Counted from the first letter of the stretch, positions 30,001 to 33,490 are shown. The stretch is 64,000 nt of DNA from Cenarchaeum sp. (GCA_963693095.2 OY843768.1:352001-416000); one strand, 5' to 3'. Notes: generated from the sequence alone by a model not told the origin. Numbers and translations: made by a program.

Positions 30001-33000
30001 CGACGGCATTGCGCCCACGGTGACCTTTGCCGTCTTTGTGACGACGACTGAGGTTCACGTCACGTTCAGCGAGGACGTCACCGTCGAGGAGGGCGGCGTC
30101 TGGGAAGTCTCCGGACTCGGCGTCACCAATGTCATGAGCGAGTCAGACGACACCGTGGCGCTCACCGTCAATCCGCCGACCATCGCGGGCGAGGAGCACA
30201 CAGTCAGAGTTGCGCTCGCAAGCGTGCAAGACGGTGGCCAGAACACGCTCGTAGCAGACGCTAGCGTCGAGGGCGTGACATACCAGGAGACGATCGCTTT
30301 TGCGGCGACGACGTACAGGGACGCCTCTGGAGAGCACATCATGGTCGCCTTTGAGAGCGCCGTCACGGGCACGACAGTCGCCGGCGAGTGGTTTGTCGAC
30401 GTGGATGCCGACGGAACCGGAGGAACCGCAGTGGCGACTGTTGCGATACGGTGTGTGGTTGGGGCAGACCTCGTGACATGGTCGCCGCTCAACCTCGCCA
30501 ACCTCTGCTCTGGCGTAGAGGACGTCGAGCCGCACACGATCTACCTCGCGTATGACGCGCCGAACTCGGGCGAGACGCCGCGCGTGGCGTACAGGGCGCC
30601 GACCGGAGACGGCGCGACGCCCATCGTCTCGGAGCTCAGTACCCTGCCGGTATCCACACGCGCAGTGACGGCAGCAGACGGCCTGGCGCCGCTCTTCACT
30701 GCGGCGACGGCGAGCTCGAGGACGCTCACGGTGACATTTGACGAGGACGTCACCGCAGCGGCCGGAGGGCCGGACGCCTCGCGCTGGTTCCACTATGATT
30801 CGGCTGCCGACCCGCCCACGCGCGCCGAGCTCGACGCGGCGACCACAACGTTTGCCTCAGCCACGCTAGACGGCAGCACGCTCACGCTCACACTGCCGGC
30901 AGACTATGAGCCGGCAACCGGATGGGGATCCGCTGACACGGCTGCTGTCCCGCAGACGATAGGATACCGTGTGCCGGCCGGGGAGACGACGGACATACTA
31001 GATGACTCGCCGGCTGCCAACGGCCTGGCAGACGGCACGGCGGTTCGTGGCGTCATTGACGGCGCGCCGCCAGAGCGCGTCACGCTCAATGTCGTGGTCC
31101 TCGATGACGCCACGCCAAGGGTGCCAAAGACCGGCGACTATGCGCACATTGCCGGCGAGGGTGACGCAATACGCGTCACGCTAGATCTCTCCGAGCCGTC
31201 CTCGACTGGCGCGCCGCCGAGAATCTCGGCGCTAAACGTGCAGGCTACGATGGCGCTGAGCAACGGCGGCATGACGGCCACATCAGCAGACATCGCCGTG
31301 CCCGGCTCGTGGACGCGCGACGGGCCACTAGAGTTTAGCATAGTCGCCTATGACGTCGTGAGCATCATCAACGAGGCGAGATTCACGCAGGCGGACCAGA
31401 CCAACGATCCGCCGGCCCGCGTGGACGTCAACATGCCGCGCATCGAGGCCGTCCTGGTAACGTCACCGGAACTCGTCCAGCTCGTCTTCTCCGAGGACGT
31501 CACCGGCACGGACACCGTCTCCTCGAGTGCTGACTCGACGCCAGACCCTGCCACGGATCCGTCGGCCCCGCTGCTCATCAGGCCGGCGCCGACGGGCAGC
31601 ACGGCTACTGCCGCACTCACGCTCGCGCCGGGCACGTACATATTCACGATAGGGCCTGCCATCACAGACCTTGCAGGCAACGCGTTTGCGGCCCAAGAGG
31701 TCACGATCGGCGCGGTCGGGGAGATCGAGTCAGACACGCTCATCGTGCCGGCCGAAGACCCGATGCTCAACCCGATGCCCATCACGATCAGCGCGCCTGA
31801 TGAGAGCGGCAGGCCCGGCGCGCCAGTGAGGCTCCTCGTCGACGACCTGGTGGACGGTGACGTCGCGTTTGGTGCCGACGTGACAGTCAACCTCGGCGAC
31901 GTCCTGTTCACAATATACCGCGGGACCGAGATCAACGACGTCGGCCTGGCAGACGAAAGGAGGGCCGGCGACGACTATGTGCCCACGGATGGCACGCTCA
32001 TCGCCGAGCTCTCAAGACGCCTGGCCGGCGTGACGTACCACGGCGCGCCTGACGCTGATGACGAGGACGCGCAGACGGCCAACGAGCGCGCAGCGAGCGC
32101 AATCGACTCAAGGGAGCCGGCCGCACTGGCCACGCTGGGCAAGAGGGGTGACTCTGTACTCTTTTCGCAGCAGGTCCTCATCAGGCTAGACGGAGTCGCA
32201 GATGCAGACCACATATTCTACATGGAGCCAGTCCAGGTCGGAGACGCGCTCTACGTGGCCGGCGAGAATCGCGTGCGAGTGACGGCGATACCGACGTGCG
32301 ATGCTGCCGGATACGAGGACTTTGACCCCGAGACGGGACCGGACCTGGGAAGCGCAATGACAGAGGATGATGCGGACGACTGCCACGTGCGCGACGGCGG
32401 GGACATTGTCATCTGGACGAACCACTTTACGGACGTTGGAGCCATCGTGCCCGATGCCGGCGGTGGAGGGTGCGATGACTGCACGCCGCCTACACTTGGC
32501 ATCGACTCGACTGGCCTGAGGCGCGTCAGCAACGGGTTCTCGTACAACGGCGACACAATAGACGCCGAGTACTATTACACGCCAATGCCGCTCATCACAG
32601 TCGAGACGGGCATCGAGAACGTCGCTGTCATCAGGGTCTTTGAGGACAGTGGCCCGCAAAACATCAGGCACGTCGGCATTGGCTTTGGCCTCTCGCGCGG
32701 GCAGCACTTTGCCGAGTCGCAGGCAGAGATAAGGGTGAGCCTGCCCTTTGACGGCAGTGGCCCGACACCCTCGCTTGATGACCCCGAGAACGCCATAGAT
32801 GACGCCTCGCTGCGAGTTGCCTCGGAGATCGGTGAATGCATGGAGGGCTCGGCGGCCAGGTGCCTTGTCGTCACGATACACCACACGTTCCGCGCGCCGC
32901 TCAAGTTTGACGTCGTCTCGACGGTGGTCTGGGACGACAGGCGCAACTCGTGGCAGAACTTTTTCAACCACGGCGTGCACGTGGGCGGCGAGTCGCTAAA

Positions 33001-33490
33001 CCCGAGCCACGGCATCGAGGTCAACGGCGGCACGCTCACGCTATACCCGCTCATAGCCGGCAAGGTTGACTCTGATGGCGATGGCACGTACGACTATGAC
33101 GGGCGCCACGTGACATACATGCTGGACGCCGAGTTCCGCGTGTACCGCCTCACGCCGGCCGGCACGTACGAGCCGCTGCGCAACCTCGCCTCGCTCCACC
33201 ACGAGATAGACGAGTCAATGTATGACGAGGCCCGCCCCACGCAGCACGGGCCCATCCGCGGGACCGACAGTTTTGATGACCTCATCGCCGAACAGCGCGC
33301 CCTTGCAGCCGAGATACTCGCCTCGATGGGCATCGAGCAGCCCGAGGAGGAGGCCCCTGACGTAACGTCGCACTATTATGCGCCCGAGCAGGAGCGCCTC
33401 GAGATCCTCGGCGATGCGATAGCAGCCGAGATAAACACCGCCGAGCTCGAAAAGCAGACATTGTACCCGCTGATGTACAGGTCAGAGTGA
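2..33490 (+). CDS. Giant repetitive surface protein/adhesin (>11,160 aa, 5'-partial) of tandem Ig-like (SwmB/Big-like) domains
   Basis: Frame is open from base 2 (NEALDPTEAVKP...) to TGA at 33490, so the true start is upstream. T/A/D/V-rich, K-poor. Recurring ~100-aa units (PPTF.A...TI.VTF.E...W.V...TLT...P.V.Y...D...N...A.DG). C-terminal GGGGCDDCTPPTLG domain. Confidence 0.93.
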   Translation, partial: NEALDPTEAVKPERYTVTSGGSSVALSTATPPLYADGPPVTVVLTLATPASVAGTEYAVSTTVPDAVGNAASASVTLPFALPTILSAQTASSTITVVTLSHRVTGSSAPGDWTVDGSMAGEEPMDATGIASGAVTSVTAGTTAVSIDSNQITLLHGPLSTASTPKVTYERGTAMISTPAGPLATDSTGVTAADGAPPLVASAIFVDSDTVRLTFTEAVNVPPASAFALYPAATGGTAAFSGTGTPVRSSPAGGAANSVITIDLTPAVSGSQVRHLGITGAVTDQATPPLPYGSADRIPIAYNPPTLADSWVSGPRHVSLEFGERLNNDPPLASADFVVTAGDPAVALSLASTDPVAYDDATRTVRLTLEDDLTGSAFSVTPVVTRLDGTALYSTAHTFSGYTLLFSASTRTTAAMVLTLPSGLAGSVAAADLAVTDAADTTSRTIQVSSDDSTYGSTATLSGTALYILLSPALASTGSTPEVTYTAPSPAGITASTSIPRTWTVMASDGVAPTIATAAFSAVDKIRINFSEALDRTEAVKPANYVVRLGTTTTTVALDADTPPSYADGPPASVTLTLDEDAVDGTTYRVTPQSALTDASSVAYGIGGSVDVTYDTPDFAAPVANSIVFRVYADTDTDGAGTDDTLDETTLKSGTGALLAKADDTIRLELTLDEDHNIIPPTITLAGRGITDAPMVIAGSVGRSMWIYDLIVTDTTVDTASAPFAFEIAVRDDETVPNTGTITGSMGIVDGFTVEFPTIDTTEPTATAEFTEADTIVLTLSEALSNTRSDIEGYTYTVMRGITTVALATADLSADTPVRPVVYDAAERTITLTLAANTVRGVPHSVSLPSALADVVGNTVSQASVSVTLPQFAVLTQTQTTTLVTFYEGVLGGTLATADWTVTDNDTDGADVELTIASISTMVETGSVTATPETAAGANNAVEPIVQSTPAVTKLVVTHEPLSSTAATPAVSYMPGALTVASTPVSLNNVEAADGAPPTFTARTVTTTTIDVTFSEPIRNTLSGEVLKADSWTVNGAMPGVPSAANFTRAGLLTEQVDEAYTVFTLTVGTPFGVDATPTVAYVRPNSNYLADALVEGGGDPDGNNPVPNGASTIAADGIAGSAPPFEASTASLTTTLVDFDGVLAGTLDVDDWTVTENDAASAADNVALDISRIATVFSGVALSTVATPAVPGGASAQTPTIPPSPAVMQLLITHDPLSSPAATPAVAYVAGGLTEGGTAVDSGGAEASDGVPPAFSAELTAVGTVRIVFTEPVTGATMASEWAFDGASDGKLLDRRLGMAVSTDVDLRNAEELLITLASPRARTDLGDGAGGTLDAGDITYTPRATGALADAALNGFGTAGSPVEATALADRAQPTFSAVITSQTSITATFREPVTSELASEVPGGWLVEGGAENPVILSVAFDDDDTYTITLLATDTNPGAILGTEYDITASDSIYDLASPTPNKIVDGTEATATYAPPTFTATLDSPTSVTVTFPEALNGSTSRTEWSVAGETPESVTVGTATTSDDSAITIAPTVSTITFTLASVNAQAADAAPPVAYTPAAGALLDSDDVAMLPTGDSPVTAADMIDPSIESVLFMNAMKIFVEFTEPVTGDTSEASGIGWSVSGGLMISTVTFEGDDTYTIDLSSPGATVSTGYTIGAADGIADRSPAANSVAVGEAVTEEYTGPDTDPPTFSASLTSERVVKITFSEDVDGTTASGEWAVTGSTVASLSLTDGGAAAAGDLVLDDVGELFITLTAARAGTDLGGLTAAGVTYTRPSTGTNTIQDGVDNHLASTAGDTEEATALADGIPPTFRAELTSATTARIEFTEATGGMTAASEWAFADSDVESLSLTADGTFTMGNLALSGTNLFATFERARTLTSLTNGDGNGDGTVVAVTRDVVTYTRPSTGPNTITDTTGNDLAEDAGDEEMATAVADRAPPTFTARTATASTVDVTFSEAIHNSGDPESKGMRWENEAHWRVDSAMPTEVMAANFTQAGAPIGGGGAYTVYTLTVATFGADATPSILYVRPSEFYLADSLVGDENDDPGNNPVPSTPAGTPVAAADGVGPTLVREAFASGGTAVTLLFDEAIASPLPSTLEFTLSSDTQGAPTVTAGTPTVSGSMVTIPVTPAVSTAGDGAVYRLVIGGDGDIEDVIGNAYAYDGVESPIDVTYDATPPTFTAAFTAARTIVLTFDDRLEPTTVVAANFGVTVPDGDDDGSDPDDVALSSTDPVAYDDAALTVTLTLDEDASSAIHTVTPTDLLTNTAHLPYAAGGVAAMRAAAPTATAVGYTVFDGTTTNARPAPYASQAREGDTIRLSITLDGEASSVSVLFVGKTDDPDTTADDANTVAMTRVGSTNEWRATYVVETMGSIDGAFTFDATVATSSGTTRAVDETTVPATTPPTIDRGAPTATLTASVRLEGQGTDAESGTIAGIGDDVLVNVAASEPLVTAVGDIALFGTSTAADSVDTAAGNAYSYVRTIVASDANGPLAFTLTIRDRAGNEAALTQAVVDSNVTVDSDAPTFSASLASASTVKITFSEDVDGTTARGEWTVTGSSVESLSLTDGGTAETGDLLLDDAEELFITLTAARADTSLGTLMAMDVTYTRPLTGTNTITDAARNDMAESAGGTARATALADRVPPTFSASLTSATTATITFSEAVTGTTEASEWAFADSDVASLSLTEDGTAQEGNLELSGTTLFATFAMARTSTGLADGDGDGDGTAVAVTRNVVTYTRPSTGTNTIQDGTNHLADAGMMAMATAVADGADPMSVRAAFASGGASVTVTFTEALAPLPAGLTFALTTIVQGAPSAALGTVNVEGSMITIQVTSDITAAADGTVYTLTIGGMGAIGDTSGNEYGGAAVDAIYDSTPPTFTLEFTDARTIVLTFDDALAAATFTADDFDVTVPDGDDDDTDPDDVELASTDPVAYDATARTVTITLAEAASSAAHTVTPKDSLANAAHVPYAAGGLEATYTPPFAARTTSLATTLVTFDGVLTGTLDVDDWTITDNDTADSVDVDRVISSIATARSGAATSTVATPETSAGADDAATPTIPSSPAAMQLIITHTNLSSKSATPHVAYSGGNLVDGGTAVNDDGVEASDGLVPLLVSISFTDAATVDAIFDEAVVRTDDATLTVLDFTDIYARSISAEAFDPSVGGTGPTTGMRFTLDKPVVLDERGYRLITQNVKDASGNNSGNQLRLNVQFSGADSAPPRATVTTAVRLAGETADSETVTTAVIGEQVRITVSSHEPLVTATTDVELFGRVSPNVVNADSVVPGTGNTYTYVRTILASDAGGPLAFTLTISDSAGNETVLTQADVDGTNVAVDTDAPALSSAATTSATTLTVTLSESLPSTATTAAGDWSLSSPSPTVTDAVLSGDTVTITHGGAGTSFTPTVTYMGTGLTAENRNAVPSGSEVTATDGAPPLVASAIFVDSDTLRLTFTEAVNVPPASAFALYPAATGGTAAFSGTGTPVRSSPAGGVANSVITLDLTPAVSGSQVRHLGITGAVTDQATTPVPYASTARIPLAYDPPTLTDSWVSGPRHVSLEFGERLDNDPPLAPADFVVTAGSPAVALPLASTDPVAYDDATRTVRLTLEADLTGSAFSVTPVVSRIGGTALYSTAHTFSGYTLLFSANTLPTAAMMLTLPSGLSGSVAAADFAVTDGTLSRTISSVSSDGATFGPTATLSGTSLFMLLNAPLASGASTPDVTYTTPSPASITASTSIPRTWTVMASDGVAPTVDSVAFTAADKIRIEFSEALDRAEAVKPANYVVTLGTATIALDDATPPSYDDGPPPSVTLTLDEDAAEGTYRVTPQPALTDANSVAYGDGGSESVTRVIPDFAAPMANSIVFRVYADTDTDGAGTADTLDLTTLKSGAGALFAKADDTIRLVLTLDEDHNSSPPTITLADRGITNAQMVLASVSGRTMWHYDLVVTDTTVETASAPFAFEIAVRDDETVPNTGTITRSMGIVDGFTVAPPTIDTTEPTATAEFTEADTIVITLSEELSNTSSDIEGYTYTVMGGSTPVALATADLSANPPVRPVVYDAVKRTITLTLAADTARGVPHTVSLPSTLADPAGNTVSQASVSVTLPQFAASTQSQTTTLVTFYESALGGTLDTDDWTVTENDATNAADNVALGISRIATMTADVLSQVTATPESTTGVVAVTPTIPSTPAVTQLLITHDPLSSTAATPAVSYTPGALTVASTPVRSNNVEAADGAPPTFTARTVTTSTIAVTFSEPIRNTFSGEGFLDDDHWTVDGTMPGIPSAANFTRAGLLAPEGSEAYTVFTLTVRTPFGVDATPTVTYVRPNSNYLADALEEGSGDVDGNNPIPNGASTTAADGIAGPAPPFEASTASLTTTLVNFDGGVLAGTLDVDDWTVTDNDTTDSVDVVRAISSIATAASGVATTTVATPETSAGADDAVTPTIQSSSAVTQLLITHDALSSAAATPAVAYAAGDLTEGGTTVASGGEDASDGVPPTFSAELTGAGTVRIAFSEPVTGTTRAPEWAFDGASDGMLLERLLDTAVSTDLELRGADELFITLASPRARTDLGDGAGGTLDAGDVTYTPRATDALEDAALNGFGTAGSPVEATALADKAQPTFDAVITSQTSITVTFREAVTRVVTFGEEGGWLVGVGIGFPGVASPVVSSAAFVAPSTYTLGLATPGAIPGTGYVVSAADMIYDFASMAPNQIRGDATATATYAPPTITGATLETSTTLTVTFSDDLDGSTAASEWTVDDTPVESVSAAGASTAGGTVTISGAVSMITLTLASANAQDDDATPDVAYTPAAGALRDSDDVALFPTGASPVTAADKIAPSIDSAMFTAPNKISVTFTEPVTGDTSTSAPDGTGWSLTATVGTLNVQSAAHSGSTSTLTLDGNAVDGRMYTVNAADGIRDTSTARNPIGAGETESVEYDESLVDTTPPTFTARVYNSTHVAVRFSEPIQGTTVVADWAITLAGTTVPTLTAANPDKGATNTAGSRFKGSATIPATHEFDGLLYVGHSVARNIATLFLSASSEPTVTYTQPGSGGLTDVAPEGGTPNRMQGASVVASALDGTVPTITSAEFTDSHTITVTFSADVTFVTAAMHYATDDGWSVTSPSGALTVESAVRTSSDTYTLTLDSSVDTVPDRVYTVAPDAQLASFSGQPVSGGIASTTAVYDGPFDAETRTATTTLVTFDGGALAGTLDVTDWTVTDNDTADSTDVVLTPSSVATASASGVATTTAATAGSPIAIPGTSTATHLLITHGPLSSTAATPRVAYVMPGTEPTGGFLAEGTSDVASGGAAASDGAPPTFTARTVTTATIDVTFSEPIRNTRNDAEVLKADRWTVDSTRPGLVSAANFTRAGLPAPNEGEAYTVFTLTVSTPFGVDATPTVAYVRPTSNYLADALEEGGGDVVGNNPVPNGASTTAADGIADTAPPFEASTASLTTTLVTFDGGALAGTLDVTDWTVTENDTDDSVDVVRAISRVATALNGVATSTAATVGSTVPIPGGSTATQLLITHMGLSSAAATPRVAYVMPGTEPTGGFLAEGTSDVDSGGEEASDGVPPAFHAELTEAGMVRIAFTEPVTGTTRASEWAFGGASDGALSERRLATAVSTDFDLRGADDLLITLASPRARTDLGDGAGGTLDASDVTYTPRATGALEDAALNGFGTAGSPVEATALVDMARPTFSAVFTSETSITATFRETVTRELAFGDVGDWLVRGGTEDPRVFSVAFDGDDTYTIRLVATDTNPVAIPGTAYDIIANDEIYDLASPAPNKISVGTTATAMYMPPTFTATLDSPTSVTVTFSEALNGSTARTEWSVAGETPASVTAGSATTSGDGAITIGTAVNPITLTLDPDDEQDANATPAVAYTPAAGALLDSGDVALAPTRTSPVTATDKIAPSIESATFTRPNMIRVTFTEPVSGVTEGWSLTDTVGTLDVQSAAHSGSTYTLTLDDNAVDGRSYTVNAPGGIVDMAAAPNTIGAGETEDVEYDEASVDTTPPTFSASLTSASTVEITFSEDVDGTTARGEWAVAGSTIASLSLTDGGAAALGDLMLEEAGELFITLTAARAGTDLGSLTEAGVTYTRPSTGTNMLQDAVGYGLGTPGTALQATSLAEEIPPTATAYFSAANTVVIRLSEALAGTPMAIEGYTYAVTVPDGDDAGTDPDPVALTTAPGVKPVDYDATALTITLTLAGDADLGIVHTIMLPTALTDIASIAFFSSAVTATYAVPDTTPPGVTSLTVTVADNIGGTFVDRTGGRATWANAGDRVTIAVTFNEAVVTSPAPTITVPGAHRTPTATAMGDAGDSDGLTWSHSFIVDAADRGGFGLTFTIVATDTATPTANTNPATGTGSITHSQITSGNNALVNARPLALSSAEFTGSKTIRMQFDSTIDMSTVTTSNFGVTAPDNTLTPHDTDNMPDVITVSSVARTTAFVATATLGANAIPGVAYTIVPTFENSYGTPFDPTTCAATCELTHTPPFSVDKVSATSFDVTFKARASGTIRASEITIVDAPHSTTQIPVDSLGVPPMDLSSTYTFTNRDDFVIRISSANSLGGNSAPTFTYVSPSTGGLTFGGTALPAGTWVIVAADKIAPVFSGDPSISADGTRMSAIFDTPVAAAPTSVFRVFTESSQTGAVAGEARGSAISVSSTNPNEVFATLSPRLKSGTYYPLVQAIADTATQPNLSGMRGGESTVDSSAPEIDEARATSERTTVVRLDEAVSGTLRAADWSLNDGTLEAPVPRAIQSVRTGAHGTVQLTHTPTVTLASATEFTLTHEAISDTASPPYILFAKPATLLVGQAALADSGGDPIDSDPFTRAELSSVPSGTPIPPPKRVIDATPPTANADFLAANTVVITLSRALAGTVSAIEGYTYAVTVPDGDDAGTDPDDVPLADTNPVDYDATALTITLTLAGNAGPGIVHTIMLPAALTDTDGIAFSSSTVTAMYVPDVTPPTFSAELRDARTVRIVFDEDVSGTTAPAEWAVAGSTVSSIAPSSPSLAREIVLTLAPALAPGRPSTDLRDPDGAGPLTALIPANVAYTRPSQDANAITDREGNDLTAAATAVADRAPPTFTARTVTTSTIDVTFSEPIHNTLGGADFLDDDHWTVDGAMPGVPTAANFTRAGLPAPEGSEAYTVFTLTVGTPFGVDATPAVAYVRPSSNYLADALEEGGGDVVGNNPVPDGASTTAADGIPGPPPPFEASTASLTTTLVDFDGGALAGTLDARNWTITDNDTADSVDVVRAISRIATAAGGVPLSQASAIPSSPAAMQLLITHDPLSSPAATPDVAYVAGDLTEGGTAVDSGGDEASDGVPPAFSAELMDTGTVRIVFTEPVTGTTMASEWAFGGASGGSLSAGPPVSAVSTDIELRDADELFLTLASQRARTDLGDGAGGTLDADDVTYTPRATGALADAALNGFGTAGSPVEATALADRARPTFGATFTSATSITATFREPVSRAVTSEVVGGWLVEGGTVSPVVLSVAFDDDDTYTIRLVATDTIPGAIPGTEYDIIANNGIYDLASPTPNQIVAGTRATATYAPPTFTATLDSPTSVTVTFSEALDGSTARTEWSVAGETPASVTAGGTTTSGDGAITIETAVNPITLTLDPDDAQDDDAAPPVAYTPAVGALRDSGGVAMLPTSSPHVTAADMIAPSIDSVTFTDAMTISVEFTEPVTRDTSTSAPGGTGWSVSGGLTISTVTFDDDDTYTISLSAPGATDGTGYTIGAADGIADRSPAANSVDAGEAVTETYTGPDTDPPTFSASLTSASTVEITFSEDVDGTTASGEWAVTGSTVASLSLTDGGAIATGNLVLEDAGELYITLTAARAGTDLGTLTAMGVTYTRPLTGTNTIQDGADNHLASTAGDTEEATALADGIPPTFSAELTSATTARIEFSEATGGMTAASEWAFADSDVTSLSLTDGGTAQMGNLALSGTELFATFGMARTLTSLDDGDGNGDGTAVDITKERVTYTRPSTGPNTITDTTGNDLAEDAGDEEMATAVADKAPPTFTAATATTTTVAVTFSEAIHNSGEPDFKGLRWENEAHWRVDGAMPTEVMAANFTRTGAPIGGGGAYTVYTLTVATFGADATPSILYVRPSEFYLADALVTDDLDNPGNNPVPSTPTGMPVVATDGIPPLVSSAATTSSETTVVTFSNTLDSGTTDAADWTLMPGPISVTSLRAGMHAEADATPSTTLDMSAVTSTDMITLVHPTIGTGVRPIVQYDGTGTITASGQPGNVPATLDPHITATDGVAPLVRTATYADTNREITLTFSEGLDATTAVAANFEVRGFTEPTTRSDALALNAAHGTAGVLYTAGDSASDPSTVSIRLNADDTYDEYKVIIDAAVTDTATNPYVPISNPDGDAATDDSDITVQKTDMTAPRAMALSVVVYDGPPGASTEKTGDHRNFAGIGDTVRVDITLDENAAGVPTIDIAGATGISMADRGDGFATTWRHDLTVSTTTAETASLDFTIRVTDGMNSGQITATTGHAETLMVSQPTIDRTAPTASSVTTSVRLEGAGADAASGTVAGIDDELRVTLTASEALDAQATDIALFGLTGASIVNADSVAGAGANAYTYVRTIAATDVDGPIEFTITFRDRAGNESAAAATHTTASPRVTVDATAPTLSSAVTVSTSTLTVTLSEAVTGTSMGGHWSAIDTDPAVTAAISAADVSGSTVTLTYTAIEDTSFSPEVTYTAPSSGAPADAARNALGGSPVTAADGVRPTATAAFVGNSILITFSEPVDNVMPTLSVRQPNGSISLRNVVHTDGTSTATIRITDLTIETGTWQVIIPARVTDASDNVRATETVDAMRTDAPTATVAYEVQDMTSGNARPSPFQNHARAGDVIRLSLTLSEAVTMAPTVLFVGKTDLPDTTADDANTVTMIQEGSTMEWRAPYTVETAMQNSNLVDGPFTFVATLRGNTGAVGMVTEASMTPPTIDRMVPTISSAAFTESNTIVITLSEPLAGTDSAIEGYDYTVTVPDGDDTGTDPDEVALAATDPVNYDSTARTITLTLADGAAADVVHTVTLPTELRDRAENAFTTSADDATYSPPEASSLAFTVRAGSPIADKSGTYANVAGIGNTIRITLGLDAAVTAAPQITLDGRDTESVAMTAGAAMTWSHDHVVDATHDSTTTSAPLDILIVATGANGNVARITNEDGLASGTTVTLPEIDTARPALSTGNALVTGIQSATPGTLTLSTAGVDDILVVRVFPTERLVGDDLEDVMNAASHSDPAASRINRDMAFYASATAANHGFERSTSPFQYDFTRLVADGVDAAGPVTFSLTMRDVAGNTATVTHTDLATVMARDTTPADADVWGYRATVDSSVPSMTSAVTASTGELTVTLSESLPSSADTAVGDWTAIDATLEPDVTAMILTADVSGSTVTITYRTVEDTSFAPVLTYTGAGLADAGRNAVPSGAQVTATDGVAPTAMATFLGSTLTITFSEPVNGVSDTPLTLTRPNGSTIRQAFTHDDGDRTATLRMPSTPATGTWGIAIPAAVTDVTGNARDVDSANISADASIAPMATAISYTVFEPGGTTPRASPYTNYARADDVIEVSVTLDESVSGTPTILFVGQTASPTPMTRVGMTDEWTARYTVEAGMTDIGFTFVMSVTGAVSGAMGEIRDTTLPAVTPPAIDRTVPKISAQTAGLDEVTVSFSEDVSGTTGATEWTVGGTAAESITSDGSAQTGDLALSDERTIALGLSQAGELVGGEARPAVAFTARTPPALHDVAGNPLETASTTAIDRIRPSLVSMEFTAPNMITVTLSEPLDANTLGTTIPQASLSPHLGGITVNYAIGAESLTLRTVNSAAERASHSLTLPARVTDVANPAGVSRNAISQAAVAATLPDTTPPTYTARTYNASHVIVTFSEPVQGTTAASEWTLDVPTSDLVTPDGAGRAVNAVADVPRPPEADRLDDTIDASSAFTGPLYVGHKDPVVNTFPVWEPDATPNVRFTMPSNGLTDVAPPGGTANALETTATVTASDGIAPTVTFAVFVTTTEVHVTFSEDVTVEEGGVWEVSGLGVTNVMSESDDTVALTVNPPTIAGEEHTVRVALASVQDGGQNTLVADASVEGVTYQETIAFAATTYRDASGEHIMVAFESAVTGTTVAGEWFVDVDADGTGGTAVATVAIRCVVGADLVTWSPLNLANLCSGVEDVEPHTIYLAYDAPNSGETPRVAYRAPTGDGATPIVSELSTLPVSTRAVTAADGLAPLFTAATASSRTLTVTFDEDVTAAAGGPDASRWFHYDSAADPPTRAELDAATTTFASATLDGSTLTLTLPADYEPATGWGSADTAAVPQTIGYRVPAGETTDILDDSPAANGLADGTAVRGVIDGAPPERVTLNVVVLDDATPRVPKTGDYAHIAGEGDAIRVTLDLSEPSSTGAPPRISALNVQATMALSNGGMTATSADIAVPGSWTRDGPLEFSIVAYDVVSIINEARFTQADQTNDPPARVDVNMPRIEAVLVTSPELVQLVFSEDVTGTDTVSSSADSTPDPATDPSAPLLIRPAPTGSTATAALTLAPGTYIFTIGPAITDLAGNAFAAQEVTIGAVGEIESDTLIVPAEDPMLNPMPITISAPDESGRPGAPVRLLVDDLVDGDVAFGADVTVNLGDVLFTIYRGTEINDVGLADERRAGDDYVPTDGTLIAELSRRLAGVTYHGAPDADDEDAQTANERAASAIDSREPAALATLGKRGDSVLFSQQVLIRLDGVADADHIFYMEPVQVGDALYVAGENRVRVTAIPTCDAAGYEDFDPETGPDLGSAMTEDDADDCHVRDGGDIVIWTNHFTDVGAIVPDAGGGGCDDCTPPTLGIDSTGLRRVSNGFSYNGDTIDAEYYYTPMPLITVETGIENVAVIRVFEDSGPQNIRHVGIGFGLSRGQHFAESQAEIRVSLPFDGSGPTPSLDDPENAIDDASLRVASEIGECMEGSAARCLVVTIHHTFRAPLKFDVVSTVVWDDRRNSWQNFFNHGVHVGGESLNPSHGIEVNGGTLTLYPLIAGKVDSDGDGTYDYDGRHVTYMLDAEFRVYRLTPAGTYEPLRNLASLHHEIDESMYDEARPTQHGPIRGTDSFDDLIAEQRALAAEILASMGIEQPEEEAPDVTSHYYAPEQERLEILGDAIAAEINTAELEKQTLYPLMYRSE
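578..4860 (+). repeat. Large intragenic repeat, copy A (partner at ~10295-14580)
   Basis: GACGGCGCGCCGCC..CTCGTCGCCTCGGCCATCTTTGTGGA begins at both 578 and 10295, and the two stay colinear for ~4.3 kb. End points approximate. Confidence 0.9.
10295..14580 (+). repeat. Large intragenic repeat, copy B
   Basis: Colinear with 578-4860 at DNA and protein level. End approximate. Confidence 0.9.
15917..18300 (+). repeat. Third copy of the core multi-domain unit (DGAPPTFTARTVT...)
   Basis: The same unit starts at 2978, 12692, 15917 and 21221. End approximate. Confidence 0.85.
21221..24430 (+). repeat. Fourth copy of the core unit, colinear with ~2978-6210
   Basis: Shares e.g. RWENEAHWRVD and ATFGADATPSILYVRPSEFYLAD with 5930-6130. 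End approximate. Confidence 0.88.
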
